Assembly: GCA_027482685.1 (NCBI GenBank)
Contig: JAIXVU010000008.1
Span: 68,652-132,651, forward strand
Source of the DNA: a bacterium
GTDB taxonomy: Bacteria; Patescibacteriota; Minisyncoccia; Phycocordibacterales; UBA5272
Reading direction: 5' to 3'
Length of the DNA stretch: 64,000 nt
The notes below the pieces were generated by a model that saw only the letters and a program-made list of their open reading frames with translations, ran no database searches and was not told where the DNA came from. This document shows positions 1-8,973 of this stretch, piece by piece (the first letter of the stretch is position 1; each line of letters begins with the position of its first letter). Position numbers and translations under genes: made by a program.

Positions 1-1
1 C

Positions 2-652
2 TGTTACCAAGCACTCGGTGTGATACATGGACTCTATCGTCCAGTACCAGGGAGATTCAAGGATTATATCGCTGTTCCTAAGCCTAATGGTTATAGATCA
101 CTACATACTACAATCTTTTCTGGATATGGTAATACTCTTGAGATACAGATACGTACACAAGATATGCATCGTGAGGCAGAATACGGTATCGCATCCCATC
201 TTTCATATAAAGAGCTAGGTAAACATGCAAGCAAAGAAGAGCTCATCAAAAAAACTGGCTGGACCAAAGAGCTCTTAGAGTGGCAAAAAGATGTAGAGCA
301 TCATCAAGATTTCATGAATAATCTAAAAACTGACTTCTTCCAAAGTCGTGTATTTGTACTCACTCCAAAAGGTGACGTGATAGATCTGCCTGAAGGGTCA
401 ACACCGATTGACTTTGCATATGCTGTTCACTCTGACATCGGTGATCATATCGCTTCAGCAAAAGTAAATGGCAAGTTAGTCCCCCTTAATACACAACTCA
501 AAAACCGCGACGTGATAGAGATAGAAGTAAAAGGAAGCGCATCTCCAAAACGTAAGTGGCTAGACATTACAAAGACGACACTTGCGAAACGTCGCATCAG
601 AGCGTATATCAAAGAACACGGAACAGCGCTTGATAAATTACTCACAAGGTAA
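2..652 (+). CDS. RelA/SpoT-family (p)ppGpp synthetase, C-terminal part; the 5' end lies upstream of the window. It ends about 40 aa after the TGS domain, with no ACT/RRM domain.
   Basis: Synthetase motif RFKDYIAVPKPNGYRSLHTTI. TGS-like segment VFVLTPKGDVIDLPEGSTPIDFAYAVHSDIGDHIASAKVNGKLVPLNTQLKNRDVIEIEV. The frame is open to the window edge. Confidence 0.85.
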   Translation, partial: CYQALGVIHGLYRPVPGRFKDYIAVPKPNGYRSLHTTIFSGYGNTLEIQIRTQDMHREAEYGIASHLSYKELGKHASKEELIKKTGWTKELLEWQKDVEHHQDFMNNLKTDFFQSRVFVLTPKGDVIDLPEGSTPIDFAYAVHSDIGDHIASAKVNGKLVPLNTQLKNRDVIEIEVKGSASPKRKWLDITKTTLAKRRIRAYIKEHGTALDKLLTR

Positions 653-803
653 ATAAATGTAGTGCGTAGCTGGTGGCGTGTAGACAGATAATCTACTAAA
701 GAAGACATGCTTCACGCGCCACTATACTGTCATTTTATATAGATTCTTTTTTCTTCATATAATACAAAGGCAAGTTGTATATACTTTTTCGGCACTTAAT
801 GAT

Positions 804-1124
804 ATGATGCACATCAGATCTTTATCCATACCACTGGAACGTACTGGAAATAAAATGGCAATTACCACAACGGTTACCCCGCCTGTAATTATCAACAACA
901 TCTCTAGTTTAATCGCGTACACGATTTCAACTGGGAAGAAACCTGATCCAGATGTGATCAAACGTGTCTTAGGAAACAATTCAAAAGATGACCCCATCTT
1001 TAAAGCCATGGCAATACTACAGGATGTTGTTGGCAGTAAACATATTGCACAAATGCTCGCATCTGACCGTGGTGCGCTTGCACTACGATGCATTTTTGAT
1101 GAAATGAACAAAGCACATTCTTAA
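804..1124 (+). CDS. hypothetical protein (106 aa)
   Basis: An ORF followed by a plus-strand hairpin terminator at 1145-1176. The antisense ORF 755-1111 has no terminator. Confidence 0.4.
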   Translation: MMHIRSLSIPLERTGNKMAITTTVTPPVIINNISSLIAYTISTGKKPDPDVIKRVLGNNSKDDPIFKAMAILQDVVGSKHIAQMLASDRGALALRCIFDEMNKAHS

Positions 1125-1144
1125 CCGTTTAACCTTATGCACAG

Positions 1145-1180
1145 AACCGCTTGAATGCAAATGCATTCAAGCGGTTTTCA
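1145..1180 (+). terminator. rho-independent terminator hairpin (AACCGCTTGAATGCA/TGCATTCAAGCGGTT)
   Basis: A perfect 15-bp inverted repeat followed by TTTTCA. Confidence 0.55.
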
Positions 1181-1372
1181 CTTATTCACTCATAATTAAT
1201 TCACAATCTAATGGCGGTATATATCCTTTTGTCATGAGATAACTATAGTAAAAGACGTACATAATTTATGAATAACATTTAAGTAGAAAAACTTTACTTT
1301 TATAAAAAATATGTTATTATGTAAAAGGTAGTCCTAGCTTCACTTCAACTTCCTTGAAAGGAAACCCTGATA

Positions 1373-1690
1373 ATGAACACTCTCTATACCCCCGTGAACC
1401 CAAAAGCTGTTGTGGACATCAAAAAACGTCTGACTGGAGACGGTCTGATGGACATCTTTCGGGAGTACCTTGCGAGGGAAGAACTCCCTGACTGGTGCAA
1501 GAAGCCAGACGGTAGCATTTTCCTCGCTGAAGTAGTGCCGAGCGGAATCGAGGAGGTCATCACAGCGATGCGAAAAAAGTACCCCAGTGAAGATGTGGTC
1601 CAGGCTCTCTTGAGCGAGCGCGCGGCGCGGTTCATGCGAATGATCATTCATCAGCTCGAGGTGAATCCTCGAGTAGACACCGAGGTCTAG
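1373..1690 (+). CDS. hypothetical protein (105 aa) in a sharply GC-rich islet
   Basis: AAAGGA lies 8 nt upstream of the ATG. A terminator hairpin sits at 1717-1754. GC is about 55% against about 35% in the flanks. Confidence 0.5.
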   Translation: MNTLYTPVNPKAVVDIKKRLTGDGLMDIFREYLAREELPDWCKKPDGSIFLAEVVPSGIEEVITAMRKKYPSEDVVQALLSERAARFMRMIIHQLEVNPRVDTEV

Positions 1691-1716
1691 GACAAGCGGA
1701 AGACCTCATATGCAAA

Positions 1717-1754
1717 GGCGTAGATACCATCTGGGTATCTACGCCTTTTGTTTT
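1717..1754 (+). terminator. rho-independent terminator (GGCGTAGATACC-atct-GGTATCTACGCC + TTTTGTTTT)
   Basis: A 12-bp perfect stem followed by a T-run. Confidence 0.7.
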
Positions 1755-1770
1755 GTGCACATTAGAATTT

Positions 1771-3042
1771 TTATACTGTAAACTTAGAAATATTATAGAG
1801 GTCTTCGTTCTGCTCATCGCTCTTTACTTCATCAATCGATCTATCATCCCCACCAAAGGCTCCAGTATCATCGTCGCTTTCCATAATATCTATGTTCTCT
1901 GGATCTACGTTATCAAGCTCTATCGCTTCGCTAGAAGTTTGTATCGGCATCTCACTTGTAACTACAAGAGAACCCTGAACTGTTTCTTTTGGGATCTCAT
2001 GTACTATTTCTTGATGTCCAAGATGAGTGAACTCCATTGCGGTAACTGGTTTAACAGCTCGCGGACTTCCTCCTACCTCTTGTAATGTCTTCATGTCTTC
2101 ATCTTTTAACGTATCGAACATCCCCTTGTGAGTCTTCTGCTCTCCACCTTTTCTGATAGCAATAGATAGTGCGAGCAATTCCTCATGTGAAAAGTAGTCA
2201 ATCCAAATACGCCCACCTCGTTCTCGTGGCTCTATCTGTACGCGTGTGCCAAGTGTCTCTGCTAACTTCTCCTCCATATCGACAACCTCTGGTGTCATGA
2301 AGAGATCCTTCTTGCGAACTTTTTCAAATGCTATACGTCGTGCTATCTGCTCTGCCTCACGTACAGTCATCTTGCGCACCATCATTTCCTTAAAGAGTGT
2401 CATTTGTTCCTGTGGGCGATCAATGAGCATAAGCAGTGGTCGTGTATGTCCCTCTGTTATCTGACGCTTTGATAGTGCATCCAGTATATCTTGTGGAAGC
2501 ATGAGTATACGCACAGTGTTAGATACGTACTCACGACTCTTACCAACTTTTTTGCCAACTTCTGTCCAGTTGAGCTTGAACTCATCTGCAAGACGTTGGA
2601 ATGACTGTGCACGCTCTACAGCATTCAAGTCCTCACGTTGTAGATTCTCAATGATAGCAAGCTCAAGCTTCGCACGACTATCATCCCCCGTACGCACAAC
2701 GACAGGTACTTGGCTGATACCTGCGAGTTTAGAAGCACGCAATCTACGCTCTCCGGCAATGAGTTCATACTCTACTTTTATACTACCGTCAGGTAGATGC
2801 GTCTCTTGACGAGATACAACAAGTGGCTGTAGTACTCCGTACTGACGGATACTGTCTGATAGCTCGCGTAGTCTATCCTCGTCAAATTCTCGCCGTGGTT
2901 GATACGGGTTAGGTACTATCTTATCTGTCTCTATCCAAAAAATTGATGTTTCTACTTGTCCCATGATGTTTCTACTTCTTATGTTAGATGAGTATAGCAT
3001 GTGAGAACTATAACGCTGTAGATAAATAGTTGCGCGTGACAA
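1771..3042 (-). CDS. parB: ParB/Spo0J-family partition protein with a long acidic C-terminal tail; no ParA nearby. An alternative start is at 2964 (MGQVE).
   Basis: ParB N-domain motifs IVPNPYQPRREF and VLQPLVVSR. ELIAGERRLRASKLAGISQVPVVVR. HTH region KSREYVSNTVRILMLP. Confidence 0.85.
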   Translation of the reverse strand: MSRATIYLQRYSSHMLYSSNIRSRNIMGQVETSIFWIETDKIVPNPYQPRREFDEDRLRELSDSIRQYGVLQPLVVSRQETHLPDGSIKVEYELIAGERRLRASKLAGISQVPVVVRTGDDSRAKLELAIIENLQREDLNAVERAQSFQRLADEFKLNWTEVGKKVGKSREYVSNTVRILMLPQDILDALSKRQITEGHTRPLLMLIDRPQEQMTLFKEMMVRKMTVREAEQIARRIAFEKVRKKDLFMTPEVVDMEEKLAETLGTRVQIEPRERGGRIWIDYFSHEELLALSIAIRKGGEQKTHKGMFDTLKDEDMKTLQEVGGSPRAVKPVTAMEFTHLGHQEIVHEIPKETVQGSLVVTSEMPIQTSSEAIELDNVDPENIDIMESDDDTGAFGGDDRSIDEVKSDEQNEDLYNISKFTV

Positions 3043-3169
3043 GCGTGGCTTTCTGAACTATATAGATACTCACCTTATATTAAGAATATGTATAGAAAGA
3101 CTTGAACAAGTTGTTTAAATATAAAAAGAAAACTGCCCGAAGGAAGTTTCCTTTCAGACAGAGTCAATT

Positions 3170-3490
3170 CTAGAACTTCTTATTCCAAACCTTGATTGGT
3201 GGAGTAATCAATCGCGGAGATCCATGCCGATCAACAAGATCTCTACGAAGGATGCGCATATCGAGCACAATGGAATTTGGGTACCACAACTCAGCACCTT
3301 CACAGGTATCTCTAGTCATTCCAAGAATTACACAAGAGCCGATTGAATACTCAAAGTAAGAAATAAGCTTCGTATCCCCTTCGATTTGAGCTCCATCTTT
3401 CCAGACATCTTTTTTGGGGCAAAATGAAAGCTCTCTCGGAAAAACATTTATATCGCCTAGAAAAACGTGATCCCAAGTATCGGTAAGCAA
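3170..3490 (-). CDS. hypothetical protein. It overlaps other minus-strand ORFs in different frames at 3351-3669, so it may be a frameshifted or decaying gene.
   Basis: An ORF only. Three overlapping minus-strand frames cover 3170-3669. Confidence 0.25.
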   Translation of the reverse strand: MLTDTWDHVFLGDINVFPRELSFCPKKDVWKDGAQIEGDTKLISYFEYSIGSCVILGMTRDTCEGAELWYPNSIVLDMRILRRDLVDRHGSPRLITPPIKVWNKKF

Positions 3491-3746
3491 AAAGCTGCCA
3501 GAGGAAGCGGTTGGCCAAGGCTACGGCAATTGGACGACGTTGTGAAGTTGAGGTATTCATAACACTCTCCGTAAAGGACAAAGTTACGTTGCGTAGCGTT
3601 AAGCAATACGAACGATGTATCAACATTGACACATATACTCATACTACAATTTAAAACAGTTAGTGTCAATTTAAAAGTTCTGAAAACTTTCCTTGTTAAA
3701 AATTAAAAGTAAAATTTATTTTACCTAACAAGGCTTTCATTTCAAG

Positions 3747-3827
3747 TGCCGGAGGTGGGACTTGAACCCACACACCTTGTGATACGCGATTTTGAGTCGC
3801 GCGCGTCTACCATTCCGCCACTCCGGC
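3747..3827 (-). tRNA. tRNA-Leu(CAA), type II with a long variable arm
   Basis: Reverse complement GCCGGAGTGGCGGAATGGTAGACGCGCGCGACTCAAAATCGCG...GGGTTCAAGTCCCACCTCCGGCA. Anticodon stem CGCGA/TCGCG, loop CTCAAAA, T-loop TTCAAGT, 7-bp acceptor stem. Confidence 0.85.
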
Positions 3828-3925
3828 ATTTTTTGTGTGTATCGATTATAACACATCATTTACACATTCGCATTTATGTAGTAATGTAATCTTGGTTGTA
3901 CATATCTACTTTAGGAGTATTCTTA

Positions 3926-4263
3926 TGAAGAGAAATCTCATGCAAGTTCAATCCCCAAAAAAAGATGATGGGCATATCATCCTTCTCTTGATTACTTGTG
4001 TACATGAGTACTCAAGGTTTGCAAAGGGATTAAAAGCCCCGACCGTTGATGAAGTTCGTAACCTACTGTCGTCAGTGTATCAACGAAACATTTCTCCAAG
4101 AGGTATGAATCTTTTGATACGGCTTGCTGTTCGAAATGACCTAGTAGAAGTAGATAATGAGGAAATAATCCTAACAACAAAGGGTGCACTGCACTTCGTT
4201 TTCTCCAGTAAATATGTCATCCCGCCACAAACATCAGCATCACCGAAAGGAATATCAACGTGA
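3926..4263 (+). CDS. hypothetical protein (112 aa, start MKRNLMQVQ)
   Basis: AGGAG 8 nt upstream of the ATG at 3926. A hairpin at 4318-4348 lies downstream. Confidence 0.45.
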
Positions 4264-4413
4264 GCGGAGTCCTTAAACAGCTCTCTGCTTTAAATCAAAA
4301 GATATACCTTCCTGCAACCGACCCGCGCTTCGTGCGGGTTTTCCTTTACCTTAAACATACTTCATGGTAGAGTAATGTTCTCCATTTTCGGAGTAATTAA
4401 GGAGATCCTTACA

Positions 4414-4776
4414 ATGGGTAAAAAGAGGAACGCGGTAGAGTACCGGCTTGGCACAATTCTTGTGCTCAAGCCTGACATCAACCGTGAGAAGCTTGCAACG
4501 GTTCGCGGCCGACTCGGAGCAGATCCGACGACCACCGATGAAGAGCTCATGCGGATGACCTTCATCGTCGTTGCGCCACCGACAGACACCCAAAGAAATC
4601 CACTTGGCGGTGATGGCGTGTGGGTGAAAGGGATGGCGGAAGGACGTCGCTACAATGCGGTCAATATCTGCCACAGGTATCTGACACCCGAAAAGAAGCC
4701 AGAGAAGAAGTCGATCGCCGAGAATGCTGACAGCATCTTCAGGCAAGAGACCGAGATCTCAAGCGCTGTCTCATAA
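4414..4776 (+). CDS. hypothetical protein (120 aa) in a second GC-rich islet
   Basis: Strong SD AAGGAG 9 nt upstream of the ATG. Terminator hairpin GGACTGG...CCAGTCC + TTTTT at 4828-4861. GC is about 57%. Confidence 0.5.
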   Translation: MGKKRNAVEYRLGTILVLKPDINREKLATVRGRLGADPTTTDEELMRMTFIVVAPPTDTQRNPLGGDGVWVKGMAEGRRYNAVNICHRYLTPEKKPEKKSIAENADSIFRQETEISSAVS

Positions 4777-4827
4777 CCCTCAACACTGCGTAGCATATCA
4801 AGGCTATGCAAGATTTTTAGAACAAGA

Positions 4828-4861
4828 GGACTGGTACTCTCGATGAGCCCAGTCCTTTTTC
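4828..4861 (+). terminator. rho-independent terminator
   Basis: GGACTGG / CCAGTCC stem followed by TTTTTC. Confidence 0.6.
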
Positions 4862-4905
4862 ATATCTCTATAGAAACATTTCTTTTAGATAATCGGTATA
4901 ATCCT

Positions 4906-5136
4906 CTAGAACGCATGCTCGCTTGCATAGTCAATGATTGCATCTGACTCGCCCATGGCAACATTTGCACTTGTGTCTACAAGAAACGGCATTGTGCGTG
5001 CATTATGTGACTGCACTTCTTTTAAAAACTCTGGATTCTTTATATTTCTTTCTTCATAGACAACACTACGTTCATGAAAAACATTTTTCACCTTCGCACA
5101 ATACTCACAATTGTCTTTTGTATAAAGTAACAACAT
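4906..5136 (-). CDS. glutaredoxin/NrdH-like small redoxin (77 aa from MLLLYTKDNCEYC)
   Basis: CxxC motif (CEYC) in a thioredoxin-fold context: LYTKDNCEYCAKVKNVF ... MPFLVDTSANVAMGESDAI. Confidence 0.65.
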   Translation of the reverse strand: MLLLYTKDNCEYCAKVKNVFHERSVVYEERNIKNPEFLKEVQSHNARTMPFLVDTSANVAMGESDAIIDYASEHAF

Positions 5137-5177
5137 GTATTTGGAATAATTACTAATTACCCTGTAGTATATACCAT

Positions 5178-6053
5178 ATGAAAGAAGACTCTCAACCACT
5201 ACCATCTATAATCGTAGTTATTGGACCAACAGCAAGTGGTAAAAGCGACTTTGCGGTAGATCTAGCGCTACAACATAACGGAGAGATTATCTCCGCTGAT
5301 TCTCGTCAAGTATATAAAGGGTTAGATATAGGCACAGGGAAAATCACGCAACAAGAGATGAAAGGAATACCCCACCATATGATAGATGTATGTGATGTAG
5401 CAGATGTATTCTCTGTAGCTCGATATAAAAAAATCGCATCCCCTCTTATTGATGAGATACTTGCCCGTGGCAAAACACCGATTATTTGTGGAGGTACAGG
5501 GCAATACATTGATGCACTTATCTTTACTAATACATTTGCAGAAGTGCCACCAAATAGTAAACTTCGTGCAGAGCTAGAGAAAAAGAGTACACAAGAATTG
5601 TTTAATGAATTGCTCACACGTGATAAACATCGTGCAGAGGATATCGATCATAACAATAGAGTACGCCTCATACGTGCTCTTGAGATAATAGATACTCTTG
5701 GTGTTGTGCCCCGACTAACTCACCCTATTCTACGTTATAACGTTACTATGTACATCATGTCTCCAACAAAAGAACAGTTACGAATGCGCATACATACACG
5801 ATTAGAAAAAAGATTAGAAAGTAATATGTTAGACGAGGCGCGCGCCCTTCGGTCGCGCGCCATCCCGGACACTCGTATGACATCTCTTGGGCTCGAATAT
5901 GCATGGATGAATATGTATCTCAAGAATGAAATAACGTACGAGGTAATGAAAGAAAAATTATTCACTGCGATTTGGCGTTATGCAAAGAGACAGATAACCT
6001 GGAATAAAAAGTATGAATCTCTATTATTCACTCAAAAAGTTTCTTTAAAATAG
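5178..6053 (+). CDS. miaA: tRNA dimethylallyltransferase
   Basis: P-loop GPTASGKS. IISADSRQVYKGLDIGTGKIT. MiaA-typical length. Confidence 0.9.
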   Translation: MKEDSQPLPSIIVVIGPTASGKSDFAVDLALQHNGEIISADSRQVYKGLDIGTGKITQQEMKGIPHHMIDVCDVADVFSVARYKKIASPLIDEILARGKTPIICGGTGQYIDALIFTNTFAEVPPNSKLRAELEKKSTQELFNELLTRDKHRAEDIDHNNRVRLIRALEIIDTLGVVPRLTHPILRYNVTMYIMSPTKEQLRMRIHTRLEKRLESNMLDEARALRSRAIPDTRMTSLGLEYAWMNMYLKNEITYEVMKEKLFTAIWRYAKRQITWNKKYESLLFTQKVSLK

Positions 6054-6056
6054 TAA

Positions 6057-6084
6057 AAGCCCGGCCGCAAGCGGCCGGGCTTCG
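6057..6084. terminator. bidirectional GC-hairpin terminator (GCCCGGCCGC-aagc-GGCCGGGC)
   Basis: A perfect 10-bp GC stem. The T-run is on the minus side (TTTTACTATTTT). It serves the minus gene at 6103-6747 and possibly miaA. Confidence 0.6.
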
Positions 6085-6102
6085 CCCTCTGGAAGACTGT
6101 GT

Positions 6103-6747
6103 TCAAAGGGTGCCTTTAGCAATCATCTGTGCGATTGCTCTGCGTGATTCGATTACTTTTTTCTCTTCCCCGATGAAATCCCAGAGACGAGACAGGATTG
6201 TTTCATCCCACTCAGGGTGAGCATTGATGAGGGCCACAACCTTCTTCTTGAGTCTTTCTACATCCTCCGGACGGATGCGTGGATTCTTTGCATACCACTT
6301 GCAAGAGAGAGCAACTGTTGCATCAGTCACTAGGCTCCGCTCTCGAATTGACATGAAGCATTGGTGTGCAAACCCATAACACTTCGCTTGCGTGAAGATA
6401 CTTCCAAGCACATCAAGCTCTGTGGGGCTGAAATAACTCCACACCTTTCTTGGCGAAAAAATCGTGTAGAAGAACTTTCCCCAGAAAGTAAGCAAAGTAA
6501 AGACAAGCGCCCCACCACCTCCGACGAGAATCAGAAGTAGCCTCTTGATCCCTTTCGTCTCACGCACAGCATATCCGCATGCAGAATAGAAAGAACTTGC
6601 CGTGGAAAGACATGCTTCGGTCCATTGGAACCTACAGACATAGAACAGAAATCGCCCGAGGGCGAGGATAAAAACGAGAGGGTAACGATTCGCCCAGGTT
6701 GCAAGGAACAAACGACCGCCGTGGGTCTTTTTTGCATCATTGTCCAT
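6103..6747 (-). CDS. hypothetical membrane protein (two predicted TM helices)
   Basis: Hydrophobic segments LVFILALGRFLFYV and LLLILVGGGGALVFTLLTFW. GC is moderately elevated. Confidence 0.5.
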   Translation of the reverse strand: MDNDAKKTHGGRLFLATWANRYPLVFILALGRFLFYVCRFQWTEACLSTASSFYSACGYAVRETKGIKRLLLILVGGGGALVFTLLTFWGKFFYTIFSPRKVWSYFSPTELDVLGSIFTQAKCYGFAHQCFMSIRERSLVTDATVALSCKWYAKNPRIRPEDVERLKKKVVALINAHPEWDETILSRLWDFIGEEKKVIESRRAIAQMIAKGTL

Positions 6748-6859
6748 GAAAAGTCTCCTTGCCTTTGCAGTTTTGGACTATCCAAAACATTCTCAAAGAC
6801 ACCTTAATTTATTATACAACTATTTAACATATATGTCAAACGGTGTTAGAATATAATAC

Positions 6860-8305
6860 ATGTCAAAATACCTCACTACCATAGGACTAGAAGTCCATGC
6901 CGAACTCCACACTAACTCTAAGATGTGGTGTGGTTGTAAGAACGACCCACGAGAGAATCGCCCTAACGTTAACATTTGCGAGGTATGTATGGCTCACCCT
7001 GGCACTCTTCCCGTAGCTAATAAGGAAGCTATTAAGAAAGTGATAACTGTAGGTACTGCGGTTGGTGCTACCATCGCAGACTTTACAGAATTTGATCGCA
7101 AAAACTACTTTTATCCAGATATTCCGAAAGGCTACCAACTATCACAATATAAACTCCCTATCGTATCTGGTGGCTCCATCAACGGGGTAGAGCTTACTCG
7201 TATCCACCTCGAAGAAGATACAGCAAGCTCATCGCATGATAATGGCACAACACTCGTTAACTATAACCGAGCTGGAGTGCCACTTATGGAACTCGTAACA
7301 GAACCTGTAGTACATTCTGCAGAGCAAGCGGGAGACTTTGCTCGTGAGTTACAACGTATCCTCCGCTATGTCGGTGCATCAGAGGCTAACATGGAAATGG
7401 GTCAGATGCGTATAGAAGCCAATATCTCTGTATCAACCGACCCGAACAAGTTCGGTACAAAAGTAGAAGTGAAGAACATCAATTCATTCGCTGCAGTTGA
7501 AAGTGCTATCAAGTACGAGGTTGAGCGTCACATAGACTTGATTGAGTCAGGAGGAAAAGTTGTACAAGAGACTCGTGGATGGGACGAGAACAAGCAAGAA
7601 ACATTCAGTCAGCGTAAAAAAGAAAATGCTCATGACTATCGTTATTTCCCAGATCCAGATTTGCCAAAATTGTATCTAAGTAAACTTTTTGATATCGAGT
7701 CAATTAAGAATTCGCTTCCAGAGTTACCGAGCGCAAAAAAAGCTCGCTATCTCTCATACAACTTAAAAGATGACGTTGTTGAAATATTGATTGATAACGT
7801 AGCGCTTGCAAGATATTTTGATAACACTATCACACACTTTGATATGTGGGATAAAGATGGCTTAAAAGAAGTATCAAAGGCTCATGTACAAGCAGCTGCT
7901 AACTATCTTATCAGTGATGTTTTAGGCCTACTTAAAAAAGAAAATAAAGAATTATCAGAGAGTACACTCCCGGCTCCAAGAACATTCTCTGTTCTCATCA
8001 ATATGACCCTAGATGGTGAACTTTCATCTCGTGGCGCGAAAGATCTTCTTCCATATGTTATGAATGGCCAAGAGATTGATATCAAAAAGCTAGCTGAAGA
8101 AAAAGGCTTGATCCAAAAAAATGACCCAGAGCTACTGAAGAAAATCGTAGCAGAAGTCCTTGCAGAAAGTGAGAAGCAAGTAGCAGAATACAAGAGTGGA
8201 AAAGAAAGTATGTTCATGTACTTCGTTGGACAGTGTATGAAGAAGAGTAAAGGCGCGGGTAACCCATCACTGTTCCAACAGTTATTAAAAGAAGCTCTCA
8301 CCTAG
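6860..8305 (+). CDS. gatB: Asp-tRNA(Asn)/Glu-tRNA(Gln) amidotransferase subunit B
   Basis: N-terminus MSKYLTTIGLEVHAEL...WCGC...CEVCMAHPGTLP. Length 481 aa. A possible -10 TATAAT lies immediately upstream, so the transcript may be leaderless. Confidence 0.93.
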   Translation: MSKYLTTIGLEVHAELHTNSKMWCGCKNDPRENRPNVNICEVCMAHPGTLPVANKEAIKKVITVGTAVGATIADFTEFDRKNYFYPDIPKGYQLSQYKLPIVSGGSINGVELTRIHLEEDTASSSHDNGTTLVNYNRAGVPLMELVTEPVVHSAEQAGDFARELQRILRYVGASEANMEMGQMRIEANISVSTDPNKFGTKVEVKNINSFAAVESAIKYEVERHIDLIESGGKVVQETRGWDENKQETFSQRKKENAHDYRYFPDPDLPKLYLSKLFDIESIKNSLPELPSAKKARYLSYNLKDDVVEILIDNVALARYFDNTITHFDMWDKDGLKEVSKAHVQAAANYLISDVLGLLKKENKELSESTLPAPRTFSVLINMTLDGELSSRGAKDLLPYVMNGQEIDIKKLAEEKGLIQKNDPELLKKIVAEVLAESEKQVAEYKSGKESMFMYFVGQCMKKSKGAGNPSLFQQLLKEALT

Positions 8306-8323
8306 TTGTATACTATAGAGACG

Positions 8324-8941
8324 ATGGAAGAACAGAATCCTTCACCAACATTCCTTAAGCGACTATTCACGAAAAGATTTACTAAAGACTTAGTATTTAG
8401 TCTTATATTCCTGTCTTTCTTTTATATGCTTACACACAACCCAATAGTACGCCCTATGTCAGAACTACCTAATGGAGTATGGAGTATAGAAATTATGCAA
8501 CATCCTCTAGTGTTTGGGCTTGCAGGACACAACTACTTGGTGTTACGAAACAGTGACCGAACTATTGTGCGTGAGTTGCATGGATTAGCCACTGATAGAG
8601 AGAAAGGTACGTGGAAGTATATTGGTGCAAAAAGTACTGACGTGCTGCAAGTATGGGAGTTTGATAGCCCGCGTAACTATCAAGCAGAGAAACGCTTCCC
8701 TCGTATCATTCTTGCACAAGGTAGCGAGCAAGCGATGTATGCTCTTTGGGCGCAAGCAGGAAGTTGTAAGGATAGAATCAATACAAAGAACACCCCCTAC
8801 CCACCACTTGGATTCTCATTGCGTAATGAGACAGAGAACTCTAACTCTGTAGCGTACACGCTTGCAAAATGCATGGGGCAAGAAGTGGAACATTTGGGAC
8901 TATTTACTCCTGGGTCAAAAACAGATTTGTTACAAAAATAA
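8324..8941 (+). CDS. hypothetical protein with an N-terminal TM helix. It starts directly after the gatB stop and may be co-transcribed. A TTG start at 8306 is also possible.
   Basis: An ORF. Hydrophobic N-terminus LVFSLIFLSFFYML. Confidence 0.45.
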   Translation: MEEQNPSPTFLKRLFTKRFTKDLVFSLIFLSFFYMLTHNPIVRPMSELPNGVWSIEIMQHPLVFGLAGHNYLVLRNSDRTIVRELHGLATDREKGTWKYIGAKSTDVLQVWEFDSPRNYQAEKRFPRIILAQGSEQAMYALWAQAGSCKDRINTKNTPYPPLGFSLRNETENSNSVAYTLAKCMGQEVEHLGLFTPGSKTDLLQK

Positions 8942-8973
8942 CTGTTCGAAAAATTGCAAATACATTTACCTGA

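Noticed and set aside
755-1111. Antisense ORF (118 aa) opposite the 804-1124 ORF
   Set aside because: Only the plus strand has a following terminator hairpin. The minus ORF is probably a shadow frame.
4351-4746. Minus-strand 131-aa ORF in the GC-rich islet; likewise 1340-1651 and 26206-26559
   Set aside because: GC-rich DNA gives open frames on both strands. The plus-strand ORFs have strong SD sequences and downstream terminators; the minus ones have neither.
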